Source: a virus
IMG/VR virus record: IMGVR_UViG_3300036790_000811
Span: 1 to 64,000 of that record
Strand: one strand, 5' to 3'
DNA: 64,000 bases
Made by a program: the position numbers and the translations under genes. This document shows, in pieces, positions 9,161 to 18,319 of this stretch; the stretch's first letter is position 1; each line of letters begins with the position of its first letter. The notes beneath the pieces were generated by a model. That model was not told the origin of the DNA. It saw only the letters and a program-made list of their open reading frames with translations, and searched no databases.

Positions 9161-9390
9161 AGCAGCCGGTACTCCCGTTCTCCGTCAATCTCCCACGCGG
9201 TATGCGTCCAGATCTGACAGTCCGGGCACCAGAGGGGATCGGTTCCCCTCACGAAGGGCTGAATATGGTCACGGCAAACGACTATCGCCTCTTTCCGGCG
9301 GCACTGCACGCAGAGCCATGCGACGACTCCCTCCGGCAGGGGGCAGAACACGCTCGCGGACTCCCAGCCGCACCTACCGCGTATCAGTAC
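9157..9390 (-). CDS. Cys-rich zinc-binding protein (start probably non-canonical)
   Basis: RCGW...FC...LCVQC...CRDH...CPDC; GGAGG SD upstream of GTA at 9390. Confidence 0.5.
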   Translation of the reverse strand, partial: VLIRGRCGWESASVFCPLPEGVVAWLCVQCRRKEAIVVCRDHIQPFVRGTDPLWCPDCQIWTHTAWEIDGEREYRLL

Positions 9391-9622
9391 GGCCTTTGCC
9401 TCCCGTCTCCTGATCGTGCCCCCCTTGAGGGAGCTGCGCCTCCCAGCGCTCAAGAAGGTCCGCGTACTTCCGGTAGTTCCGGAGATTAGGCTCACCGCCA
9501 CGTTCCCATCGTGCGTAGGTGCGCGTCGATACTCCTGCCACGCCGGCTGCCTCCACGATCGTAATCCTCACGGCGAGCCTCAGTCTCCTGCGTTCCGCAG
9601 CCGGCGGGAGCTGCGGCATCAC
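9374..9622 (-). CDS. XRE-family HTH regulator
   Basis: LRLAVRITIVEAAGVAGVSTRTYARWERG. Confidence 0.75.
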   Translation of the reverse strand: MMPQLPPAAERRRLRLAVRITIVEAAGVAGVSTRTYARWERGGEPNLRNYRKYADLLERWEAQLPQGGHDQETGGKGRTDTR

Positions 9623-10488
9623 CGGGGCTTCCGCAGGACCGGGTAGGGGTTGCCCATCCCGTTCTTGGGGGACTGGAGGTGCCTCAGCTGCTCGCCCTTC
9701 TGCCAGGCGTTCCAGATCCGGCACATCCACCAGACCTGGTACGGCGTCTGCTTGTTCAGGCTGAACCGGGACCGGACCATGATCAGTGCCCGGTCCTCAT
9801 TGTCCTGGCTGCCCCAGGTGAGAACGTCAAAAAACACCTCCGCCGCTGCCGGGGAATAGCCGTAGCGTTCCGTGATCAGCCAGTACATGAACGCCAGCGC
9901 TCCCCGGTTGCCCGAGATGTACCCCCAGCCCGGCTCCCACTTGCGGACCGCCGTCAGGGTCCGGAGGATCTCCTCGGAATAGACCGGCCACTGCGCGGCG
10001 AGCATGGCCCGTCCCGCGCTCCCCGTCCGGTTCCACGATGCCAGCCCCCCCCTGCCCTCGTGAGCACGCTCAGTGTCCCGCCAGGCGAGGATCTTGCGCA
10101 GCAGGGTCTCCACGTGATTGGCCCCGGGTACTCCGGCCGCATGCAGGTCATCGGCCAGCTGCTGCTTAGCCGAATCGTTCATCGTGGAGCGCGAGGCGGG
10201 GTCCACCCCCCGGGTGACGCGGGCCCGGATGGTCACTCCCGACTGCGCGACTGCCGTGAGGGTGTGCTGTCCGTCCGCGAGGATGTCGTTCCAGTCGAAG
10301 GTGACGCCTCCCGAGCCGTTCTCGGCCCACTGGCCCGCTTCCATCATCTCCCTGAGCTGCCGGACGCGCCCGACCCGGATGGTTCGGTTCCTGCTGTTCT
10401 TCTCCAGGTACAACTCCGCGACTTCCGGAGTGATCTCCTCGTTCGCGTGGGTGATCTCGTGGTAGATTCTCTTCGCTGTCATCATCAT
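9619..10488 (-). CDS. ParB/DGQH-type N-terminal domain protein
   Basis: ITPEVAELYLEKNSRNR...W..NG...FD....LADGQHTLTAV. Confidence 0.7.
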   Translation of the reverse strand: MMMTAKRIYHEITHANEEITPEVAELYLEKNSRNRTIRVGRVRQLREMMEAGQWAENGSGGVTFDWNDILADGQHTLTAVAQSGVTIRARVTRGVDPASRSTMNDSAKQQLADDLHAAGVPGANHVETLLRKILAWRDTERAHEGRGGLASWNRTGSAGRAMLAAQWPVYSEEILRTLTAVRKWEPGWGYISGNRGALAFMYWLITERYGYSPAAAEVFFDVLTWGSQDNEDRALIMVRSRFSLNKQTPYQVWWMCRIWNAWQKGEQLRHLQSPKNGMGNPYPVLRKPR

Positions 10489-10558
10489 CCTTTTCGCTGG
10501 TCACAAGCCCGGGGACGGTTACCATCCGCAATGACCGCCGTCCCCGGGGAATGGTGAC

Positions 10559-10586
10559 AGGCTACTCCGTGTCTGGTCCATGTCAA
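10559..10586 (-). promoter_or_regulatory. sigma70-type promoter for the leftward operon
   Basis: TTGACA-N16-TAGCCT. Confidence 0.55.
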
Positions 10587-10680
10587 CCTTTTGTCCGGAG
10601 AATGTCAGTCGGAAATAGCAAGATCGGGTTACTGATGGAGAGGATGAACCGATGAAAGCCTCACATGAGGAGTCCCGGGC

Positions 10681-11109
10681 ATGATCCTCGGCTTCACCGG
10701 CACCCGCGAGGGGCTTACCCCCTTCCAGCGGGCCGCGCTCGTTACGTTCCTGGTCAGCACGAGGCTTACCGAGATCCATCACGGGGACTGCCGGGGGGCC
10801 GATGCCGAATTGCATGAGATGGCCCGGACCCTGCTCGTCCGGACGGTCATCCACCCCCCGTCCGATCCTGTCCTGCGGGCCTTCTGCACGGGAACGGAGG
10901 TCCTGCCCGCGAGGCCCTACCTGGTGCGCGACCGGGACATCGCGGAAGCGTGCGAAGAACTAGCCGCCTGTCCCGACGGCCCCGAGCGGGCAAAATCCGG
11001 GACCTGGTACACGATCCGCCAGGCGTGGAGGCTAGGGAAGACGGTGACGATCTTCTATCCGGACGGACAGGTGCAGGTTGACGAGAAAGGGGTACCGCCG
11101 ATAGCGTGA
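10681..11109 (+). CDS. SLOG/DprA-like Rossmann-fold protein
   Basis: ILGFTGTREG...IHHGDCRGAD...YLVRDRDI...SGTWYTIRQA. Confidence 0.75.
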   Translation: MILGFTGTREGLTPFQRAALVTFLVSTRLTEIHHGDCRGADAELHEMARTLLVRTVIHPPSDPVLRAFCTGTEVLPARPYLVRDRDIAEACEELAACPDGPERAKSGTWYTIRQAWRLGKTVTIFYPDGQVQVDEKGVPPIA

Positions 11110-11154
11110 CGAGGCACGGTCTCCAGCGTGACCGTGCGGATGGGGAGATGACTG

Positions 11155-11526
11155 ATGGAATGTGTCCATTGCGGCAGGGAGCTCAAGGGATACGGGGAAG
11201 TAGAGGGGAACCCCGTCTGCCACCCGGATCCGGCAGCTAACTTCCCGGACTGCTACCGCAGGATCACGGTCTACCGGGAGCCGATCGGAATCCTGAAGGA
11301 ATTCGAGGACACGCCCCCGGGAGTTGAGGAGCCTCTCACCGGCTGGAAGGCGTGGTCCGGGGTGCAGGAGGATCTTCATTCCGAGGCGACCGTCTGCGTC
11401 ACCCACATGAGGTTCATTCCCTGCCGGAAGGAATACGGCTGCCTCATCTCCGTTCTTCCCGGTGACGTGGAACGCGTGAGGAAATACCAGAATGACGAGG
11501 CAGGAGATCATCACCCGGCTGAATGA
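11155..11526 (+). CDS. Cys-rich hypothetical protein
   Basis: 123 aa; GGGGAG SD. Confidence 0.55.
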   Translation: MECVHCGRELKGYGEVEGNPVCHPDPAANFPDCYRRITVYREPIGILKEFEDTPPGVEEPLTGWKAWSGVQEDLHSEATVCVTHMRFIPCRKEYGCLISVLPGDVERVRKYQNDEAGDHHPAE

Positions 11527-11645
11527 GGTATTCGTCAAGCCGTACTGCACGCCTGACCGTCTTCCGGGATACGGACGGCGAGAACTCGATCCGGGTTCTT
11601 GCCTACGGAGAGATCGCCGACGCGCTGGCAGATGACTAGACGGGG

Positions 11646-11677
11646 GAATAGCCGGATGACCGGCTATTCTCTTTTTT
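11646..11677 (+). terminator. intrinsic terminator
   Basis: GAATAGCCGG-ATGA-CCGGCTATTC followed by a T-tract. Confidence 0.6.
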
Positions 11678-12301
11678 GTGCCGAAAACTATCTCCCCGCA
11701 TGTGGCGCTCCGTTCCCGCCTGAAGGAAACGGTGACCGAAGTTCTCGCGCTCAACACCCGGCTTGAGGCCATCATCACCGTCAAGCCTTCTCATCCGTCA
11801 TCCGGATTTCACGGGAAGATCGATTTCAGCTCCCCCCCCTGGCATGCCCAGGCGGCGAATACGGTTCTCGATCTTCACGCCTGGAGCCGGGACGCGGAAG
11901 CTCTCACGCGGATCCGGGCCACTCTCCCCGCCCGCTACCGGGGCGGAAGTTCCGCCAATACCCGCAAGGCCCTCGGCTCGCTCTACAGCCTGTCCGAAGG
12001 AATCGATGATGCCGTCGTCTACGACACGATCCGCTGGCTGGAAGGCTGGTGCCGCAAGGCCGAAGTCGTTCTCGGCGAGCGGGAGGCGATACGCCGGCTT
12101 CCGCAGCAGCCGGGTGAGACTGCCCGGCTCTGCCCGTGGTGCCGGAAGGATACGTTGCGGCAGATGACCCGGCAGGGTGTCATCTTCTGCGTTGACATCC
12201 TCTGTAGATCGGAGGATGGGGATCGCCCCCGTGCCCAGCTGGAGATGTTTGACGGTCAGTGGGAGTTGAGATGGATGGACGGTGTTCTTGGAACTCCCTG
12301 A
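11678..12301 (+). CDS. hypothetical protein with C-terminal Zn ribbon (possible late regulator)
   Basis: SSPPW motif; CPWC...C....C. Confidence 0.6.
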   Translation: MPKTISPHVALRSRLKETVTEVLALNTRLEAIITVKPSHPSSGFHGKIDFSSPPWHAQAANTVLDLHAWSRDAEALTRIRATLPARYRGGSSANTRKALGSLYSLSEGIDDAVVYDTIRWLEGWCRKAEVVLGEREAIRRLPQQPGETARLCPWCRKDTLRQMTRQGVIFCVDILCRSEDGDRPRAQLEMFDGQWELRWMDGVLGTP

Positions 12302-12316
12302 GAAGCGGAGGGAATC

Positions 12317-12577
12317 TTGACCGGCTGGGAGGGTCTGCCCCGAGTTGAGCTGGACGGGGACAACTGGCCTCTCGATGTGGCGGCCACGATCCTGGATATG
12401 ACCGAGCGTGACCTGCGGGACCTGGTCCGCCTGTCGGGCCTGAAGCCCGTCGGCACGATGACTATGGCCCAGTTCCGCCGGTCGGGACGTACCCCCCGGG
12501 TCTACGACGGCAGTCGCCTGGCGCTTCTGTGTGACGAAATGCGCCAGATCCGGGAGAAAATGGCGCAGGATACCTGA
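12317..12577 (+). CDS. small HTH DNA-binding protein
   Basis: WPLDVAATILDMTERDLRDLV...GRTPRVY. Confidence 0.6.
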   Translation: MTGWEGLPRVELDGDNWPLDVAATILDMTERDLRDLVRLSGLKPVGTMTMAQFRRSGRTPRVYDGSRLALLCDEMRQIREKMAQDT

Positions 12578-12778
12578 CCGGAGAGCACCGTACCTGGTCT
12601 TCAGAAACCTTTAAGCGATTTCGTGAACCGGTGGACAGCGCTGGACAAGGGTGGTTACCGTTGCGTATAACTTGAGCAAGGGGAGGTATGCCTTGCTCAA
12701 GCGCGAGGCCCGTAGCCCTCCCTGAACCCGAGACGCGAATTACGGGCCGGCTTACTGCCTACTCCACGGAGTACATTC

Positions 12779-13645
12779 ATGTCTCGCGGACGTCATGCAG
12801 CTCCTTCGGCAACCCGGAAGGCCATATCTGCCGGGGTTTCCGTTACCACCACCACGCTCGCGGCCAGTGCGGTCGCGGCAATAGCGGTGGCAGGGGGTCA
12901 CGCTAGCGCAAGCACGACACAGGCGGCACCTGTCAATCCCGTCAAGGTACAGGCCGACGCTTACGTAGTCCACACGGTTAAAGTCCAGGCGGCCAGTCAC
13001 TACACCGTCAAATCCGGCGACACGCTCTCCGGGATAGCCCAGGCTAATCTCGGAAGTGCCGGCAAGTACGAGTGCCTGGCGGCAGCCAACGGCATTGAGA
13101 ACCCGAATCTCATCTACGTGGGACAGGATCTCGTCCTTGACTGCTCAACGGGCGAGATCAGCCAGCAGCCCGAGAATACTCCCGCAAGCGAGCCGCCATC
13201 CAGTGACTCGTCTACGGATTCGTCTACGGATGAGTCTGCCACGACTCACGATTCTTCCCAAGCGGTATCCACGTCCGGAGACGGGAGCTTCCAGTCCTGC
13301 GTTATTTCCCGCGAGTCGGGCGGTAACCCGGACATCTGGAACGCGAGTGGACATTATGGACTCTACCAATTTTCGGAGAGTACCTGGGAAGCCTACGGCG
13401 GTTCTGCCAGTGATTTCGGCCACGCTAGCGTGGCCGAGCAGAATCAAGTGTTCGAGAACGCTATGGCAACTCCCGGCGGAGAGGGAAATTGGGGTCCTTA
13501 CGATGGATGCTTATGCAATGTGTTAGAATCCTCGTATGGAACGTACGCCACCCCCAGAACCCGGGACCCGTTTCGGGCGCTGGACAGTTACCGGAGAGTC
13601 ATTCATGAGGGATCCGTCGCATCGAGCCATACCGGTTCGTTGTGA
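12779..13645 (+). CDS. secreted LysM + Rpf-type transglycosylase (domain ends at 13510, followed by TTA)
   Basis: GRH signal start; LysM YTVKSGDTLSGIA...NGIENPNLIYVGQ; Rpf-like CVISRESGG...YGLYQFSESTW...EQ...WGPYDGC. Confidence 0.85.
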   Translation: MSRGRHAAPSATRKAISAGVSVTTTTLAASAVAAIAVAGGHASASTTQAAPVNPVKVQADAYVVHTVKVQAASHYTVKSGDTLSGIAQANLGSAGKYECLAAANGIENPNLIYVGQDLVLDCSTGEISQQPENTPASEPPSSDSSTDSSTDESATTHDSSQAVSTSGDGSFQSCVISRESGGNPDIWNASGHYGLYQFSESTWEAYGGSASDFGHASVAEQNQVFENAMATPGGEGNWGPYDGCLCNVLESSYGTYATPRTRDPFRALDSYRRVIHEGSVASSHTGSL

Positions 13646-14060
13646 GTGCGGCGCGGAGGCCAGCGTATTGGTTTTCCAGCTCCGGAACGGCAGGTCCGTC
13701 AGTTGCGGTTGCCATAAGCGTGAGCAAGTAGCCACGCTAGTTGGAAGAACGCGCTGGAAAGACTCGCACGGGCGGAGTAAAGACCCCCTCTATCAGCTCT
13801 GGCTCAGGATCAAGAAACGATGTGATGATCCGAAGGCCCACAACTACCGCTGGTACGGTGCTCGCGGCATTAGCGTCTGGGATAGCTGGAGAAATGACGC
13901 AGGGGCGTTCATCTCCTACATCGAGAAGAACCTCGGTCCCCGCCCCGACGGATGCTCGCTGGACCGCATTAACAACGACGGCAACTACGAGCCGGGAAAC
14001 TTGCAGTGGGCTACCGCTGTTGAGCAGGCGCGTAACCGTCGTCCGAGGAGTGGCGATTGA
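13536..14060 (+). CDS. free-standing HNH homing endonuclease (HEG1)
   Basis: FGRWTV...CECG...SCGC...YGARGI...SLDRINNDGNYEPGNLQWAT..EQARN. Confidence 0.85.
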   Translation: MERTPPPEPGTRFGRWTVTGESFMRDPSHRAIPVRCECGAEASVLVFQLRNGRSVSCGCHKREQVATLVGRTRWKDSHGRSKDPLYQLWLRIKKRCDDPKAHNYRWYGARGISVWDSWRNDAGAFISYIEKNLGPRPDGCSLDRINNDGNYEPGNLQWATAVEQARNRRPRSGD

Positions 14061-14101
14061 CGATAGAGCGAACAGACAGGGCGCATAGCGCGCATTAGGC
14101 T

Positions 14102-14133
14102 TGAAGGGGCTTTCCTCCGGGAAGGCCCCTTCA
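14102..14133. terminator. stem-loop / terminator
   Basis: TGAAGGGGCTTTCC-TCCG-GGAAGGCCCCTTCA. Confidence 0.6.
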
Positions 14134-14153
14134 GTATGTAATGAGGTGGTTGT

Positions 14154-15920
14154 GTAGCCAACGATTTTCCGGTCGGCTGGGATCTCCCTGAGGGATTTGA
14201 GGACTTCCCGGCGGATGTTCAGCGGTACTTCATCGATGAGATGAACAAGCGGATGCCGAAGCCTCCCCGGCCGTGGCATTCGATGGCCCGTCCTAAGCAG
14301 CTTCCCCCGGATCATTCTCGGCATCACCTCGCTGACAAAAACGGCTACCGCTGCCAGTGGAAAGAAAAGGACGGCACCCCCCACGTCTGCACGGGAGATA
14401 AAGACTGGTTCATCTGGCTCTTTCTCGCCGGCCGCATGGTCGGAAAAACGATGACCGGCTCGAACTGGATCCTGGAGGAAGCCCTCAAGTACCCCGGAAC
14501 CCGGTGGGCGGTCGTGGCACCCACGTTCCAGCAGGTTCAGGAAGTCTGCTTTACCGGGGACTCGGGAATCATCGCGCAGGCGCTGCCCGGGGAGATCTCG
14601 GAGTACAACAAGAACGCGATGATGATCGTGCTCCAGAACGGCAGCGAGATCAAGGGGTTCTCGGCCGAGGCTCCGGAACGTATTCGTGGTTACAACTTGT
14701 CCGGCGCGTGGCTGGACGAGGTGGGCTCGTACCGGAATCGCGTCATCTGGGATGAGGCGCTCGGCCCGGCTCTCCGCAAAGGAAATCCCAGGGTTGTCGT
14801 CACGACCACCCCAAGTGGCAGCCCTCTCCTGAGGGAGTGGGTGGAGCGGTTCACCAATGCCGCAAAGAAGGGTGAGCCGTGCGACATCCACCTCACCCCT
14901 GCGCGCTTCAGTGAGAACGACACCATCCCGAAGAAGCAGCTCGAACGTCTTGAGGAGCAGTACGGCGGTACCCGTATCGGGCGCCAGGAACTCGAAGGCG
15001 AGATGCTGGAAGACTTCGAGGGAGCCCTCTGGAAGCGGAGCTTCATCGAGGACCACCGGGTAAACGAGTCGGATTACTTTGACAAGGCCGGCCGCATCAG
15101 GACCGAGCTGTTCGGCCGGATCGTGGTGGCAGTGGACCCGTCGATGACATCCGGCGAGACGTCGGACGAGTCCGGGATCGTCGTCGCGGGAGAAGGCGCC
15201 GACGGCGACGGCTACCTGATCGCTGACTGGAGCGTGCAGGGTACCCCCGAGGAGACCATGCGCCGAGCCGTGGCCGCCTACTACGAGTACCACGCTGACT
15301 GCGTGGTCATGGAGACCAACCAGGGCGGTGACTACCTGGTCAAGGCCCTGCGCGCCGCCGACCCGCATGTCCCTCCCCGGCTGGTTCACGCCTCCAAGGG
15401 GAAGATGATCCGTGCCCAGCCTATTTCCATGCTCGCCGAGCAGGGCAGGCTGCACCATATCGGGTTTTTCCCGAAACTAGAGGACCAGCTTTGTACCCTG
15501 GTTCCCGACGCGTCGCGGAATCAGCACGACGACCGGGCTGACGCGTTTGTCTGGGCGATGACCGAGCTGCGGGGAATTACCGACGGCTCCTACCTGGCCA
15601 CCTATGGCCACAAGTACTGCAAGTCCTGCGGTAAGACCATCCGGACGTCCGCCCGGCTGTGCCCCGGTTGCGGCAAGATGCAGGACAGCAGTGACGACCA
15701 GACCCCCACTGCCGGCAAGTGGGCCGGCGCCTACCTGAACCACTGCAAGAAATGCGGCGAGAATTACCCGCAGCGCTTCAAGAAGTGCCCCACTTGCAAC
15801 CCGACTCCGGAAACCTACATGGCCGCCGTCCAGAAGGCGTCGGGACAAGGGGGAGGCTGGCTATCCTATTCCGGGAGAGACTGGTTCAAGGGAGCAGGCC
15901 TGTTATCAGATGCGAGGTAG
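14154..15920 (+). CDS. terL: terminase large subunit with C-terminal Zn-ribbon extension (first ATG 14241; frame open from 14145)
   Basis: LAGRMVGKT, VVAPT, WLDE, VTTTP, GRQELEG, VAVDP, METNQGG, HDDRADA. Confidence 0.92.
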   Translation, partial: VANDFPVGWDLPEGFEDFPADVQRYFIDEMNKRMPKPPRPWHSMARPKQLPPDHSRHHLADKNGYRCQWKEKDGTPHVCTGDKDWFIWLFLAGRMVGKTMTGSNWILEEALKYPGTRWAVVAPTFQQVQEVCFTGDSGIIAQALPGEISEYNKNAMMIVLQNGSEIKGFSAEAPERIRGYNLSGAWLDEVGSYRNRVIWDEALGPALRKGNPRVVVTTTPSGSPLLREWVERFTNAAKKGEPCDIHLTPARFSENDTIPKKQLERLEEQYGGTRIGRQELEGEMLEDFEGALWKRSFIEDHRVNESDYFDKAGRIRTELFGRIVVAVDPSMTSGETSDESGIVVAGEGADGDGYLIADWSVQGTPEETMRRAVAAYYEYHADCVVMETNQGGDYLVKALRAADPHVPPRLVHASKGKMIRAQPISMLAEQGRLHHIGFFPKLEDQLCTLVPDASRNQHDDRADAFVWAMTELRGITDGSYLATYGHKYCKSCGKTIRTSARLCPGCGKMQDSSDDQTPTAGKWAGAYLNHCKKCGENYPQRFKKCPTCNPTPETYMAAVQKASGQGGGWLSYSGRDWFKGAGLLSDAR

Positions 15921-15923
15921 CGA

Positions 15924-16169
15924 ATGGCGCGACTGATCGTAGTTCCCGATAGCGGGGAAATGGACGCCGATACCAAGAGGATTCTCCGGGAGCAGCTGGA
16001 AGCCGGCGAAGGATGCCGATGGTGCGGCGGCCTCCATCAGCGGGAGTGCCCGCGCCTGAAGAAGGTCACCTACCATCCCACCGACGGGAGCCAGGTCCGG
16101 GACGTTGAATTCTGGTCCGATTCTGAGTGGGACAAGTCGAGCATCATCTTTCCTGAGGACCTGACGTGA
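15924..16169 (+). CDS. small Zn-binding protein
   Basis: CRWCGGLH...CPR. Confidence 0.65.
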   Translation: MARLIVVPDSGEMDADTKRILREQLEAGEGCRWCGGLHQRECPRLKKVTYHPTDGSQVRDVEFWSDSEWDKSSIIFPEDLT

Positions 16170-16339
16170 GCGAGAGTCCGTTGCCCGACCCGTTCGGGGT
16201 TGGTCCCGACCTCACCACGTTCGGCGTGAATGTGGTGGCGATGATCAGCGCCCTCATGGCGGCCGGGATGGAGAAGCCCGACGCCATGTGGTTCACCCTG
16301 GAGCTCATGACCCGGATGGCCAAGGGGAAGACCTCTTAA
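16166..16339 (+). CDS. small hypothetical protein
   Basis: Manual ORF MSESPLPDPFG...; GTGA overlap, GAGG SD. Confidence 0.5.
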   Translation: MSESPLPDPFGVGPDLTTFGVNVVAMISALMAAGMEKPDAMWFTLELMTRMAKGKTS

Positions 16340-16457
16340 ATCCGGAATGCTATAATCACAGCAGGTTCTGCTATGCCTGCGGATAGGACTGTGTGACGAT
16401 AACTTTTTCCACTGCCCTTAATGAGGGCATGGCCGCTCCTGACCGAACGGTCTCCCG

Positions 16458-18293
16458 GTGAAGTACGTCCCGTACTATCCGGGAGGCTGGGAAAACGGCA
16501 GCGGCGGAGATACTCCCATTATCGCCGCCGCCCTTGACGTCATGGAAGCGGGCATCGGCGCAGCGGCGCTGCCGACTACCGTGATGGTCACTACCGTCGG
16601 AGCCACATTCAGTCCCTGGGTGACGGCCAGCACAACGTCAATTACGCTTTTCTGGTCCAGTCCGGGGTTCAGTACCGTTACCGGAACGGCACCGACTCTT
16701 TCTTTCGGGTCAGCGGGTACTCGCGCTGTCTATATGACGGCGATTGACTCGAATGGCTATGATGCCATGAGTCAGGTTCAGATGTTCAATATCGGATTTC
16801 TCAATACTGATGACGAAGGTCAGTCATCTCTGCCGTCGTCGTACAACTGGACATCTCAAGAAGTTTCGGCCGTGGCGAACGTAAACTCCATGACTGGCCT
16901 CCAGGTCTTCTGTGCCGCCAATATTGCCACTCTTGGGGGAACACTCGATTGCTCGGGGATGGGTCAGCTTCAACATATTGAGTGTTACGCATCCCAGTTT
17001 CAGAATGTATACGTCTCAGGGTGTATTAGCATGATTCGGCTTTGTGTCGAGGAAAATAACCTGACGGTACTCAATATCAATCCGGTTCAGCCGAACCTGC
17101 TTGACCTGCGTGCCGCAGGTCAAGCAGGTGATGCCCTGACGCTTGTGCCACTTGCTATTGACGCGCTATCCGAGTGGCATTTTTGTATCCGGGACCAGGT
17201 GATTACGAACTGGCCCGACCTCGGAACGCAATTCCCGGTACTGGAAGAACTCTGGATATGGAATACCGGTTACAGCGGGGAGCTGGCTCCCGGATCGATA
17301 TTGCTGACCAACGTGCAAGCATACGATAATTCCGGGCTTACCTCAGCGGTATTTGCGGATGGCGCATTCTCAGATAACGACACGTATCTTGACTTGCACG
17401 ATTGCACGCTGGCTTCGATTACACTTCCGACGACTAATGGCCTGATCTATGTGGACCTATCCGGGAATGCCCTTGACACCGCTCAGGTTAATTCCGTTCT
17501 TGAGAACCTAGCGGGTAATAGCATCGCTGACGGCATAGTTAACCTCAGCGGTGGCACTAATGGTGTTCCGTCTGGCGGGGGAAGTACTGCCGTCACAACA
17601 CTGGAAGGGCGTGGGTGGACAGTAACCGTCAATTCCGGCGGGGGTGGCAATTTCACTCACGAGGACAGCGCGTTTAATTCCAGCACGTCAGCGACATCGC
17701 TGAGTATTACATTGAGCGGCGCCGTCAGCGCGGGTGACTTGTTGGTAATGGTGGTACAAACCGCTGGCGGCAGTACGAATGTCACCGTCACCGACACCGC
17801 CAGTAATGTATGGGCATCTTCTGATGGAGGCCAGACCTGGTACTGTCTGTCGTCGCTTGCCGCGCCGTCAGGCTTGACCGTGACCGCTGTCGTTACGGGT
17901 GATTATTATATTCACCAGGTACTTGCCGACCGGTTTGCTCATAATGGAACTGTCACTTACGGGGCGGGTGTCAGTACGGGAAGTTCTGGTACGCCGGGTC
18001 TTAACTACAACAACACGGGATGCGGTGACCTTGGCACTGTTGCGGCCGGGGTGCTGGCGTGGGGTGCATTCAGTAGTGATGACACGACCGGTAATCAGGA
18101 GTATACGGCCGGGTTCCAGAGCGGTTCCAGCGGAACCGCCGACGTGATTGGCTCCCAGTTTGCCGGGGCGGCGGGTACTGGCGTAAGCATGTACGTCCTC
18201 GACTGTGTGAACGCTGATGTGACACTAACGTGGTACGGCACGGGCGGCGCGGCATTCGGACATGCAGTCAGTGCTTATTTCCCGACGTCGTAA
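16458..18293 (+). CDS. leucine-rich-repeat, S/T/G-rich protein (probably virion-associated)
   Basis: LRR-like repeats (LEELWIWNT, YLDLHDCTL, YVDLSGNAL); lower GC than its neighbours. Confidence 0.65.
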   Translation: MKYVPYYPGGWENGSGGDTPIIAAALDVMEAGIGAAALPTTVMVTTVGATFSPWVTASTTSITLFWSSPGFSTVTGTAPTLSFGSAGTRAVYMTAIDSNGYDAMSQVQMFNIGFLNTDDEGQSSLPSSYNWTSQEVSAVANVNSMTGLQVFCAANIATLGGTLDCSGMGQLQHIECYASQFQNVYVSGCISMIRLCVEENNLTVLNINPVQPNLLDLRAAGQAGDALTLVPLAIDALSEWHFCIRDQVITNWPDLGTQFPVLEELWIWNTGYSGELAPGSILLTNVQAYDNSGLTSAVFADGAFSDNDTYLDLHDCTLASITLPTTNGLIYVDLSGNALDTAQVNSVLENLAGNSIADGIVNLSGGTNGVPSGGGSTAVTTLEGRGWTVTVNSGGGGNFTHEDSAFNSSTSATSLSITLSGAVSAGDLLVMVVQTAGGSTNVTVTDTASNVWASSDGGQTWYCLSSLAAPSGLTVTAVVTGDYYIHQVLADRFAHNGTVTYGAGVSTGSSGTPGLNYNNTGCGDLGTVAAGVLAWGAFSSDDTTGNQEYTAGFQSGSSGTADVIGSQFAGAAGTGVSMYVLDCVNADVTLTWYGTGGAAFGHAVSAYFPTS

Positions 18294-18319
18294 ACATCAG
18301 GATAGGTAACGGTGATGGC

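Noticed and set aside
12671-12778. c-di-AMP (ydaO) riboswitch upstream of the Rpf-like gene
   Set aside because: Only a short CCTGAACCCG resemblance; the other conserved segments are not seen.
13511-14100. Group I intron carrying HEG1 in the Rpf gene
   Set aside because: Only ~25 nt upstream and ~40 nt downstream of the ORF are available, with no P7-like core motifs and no downstream exon.
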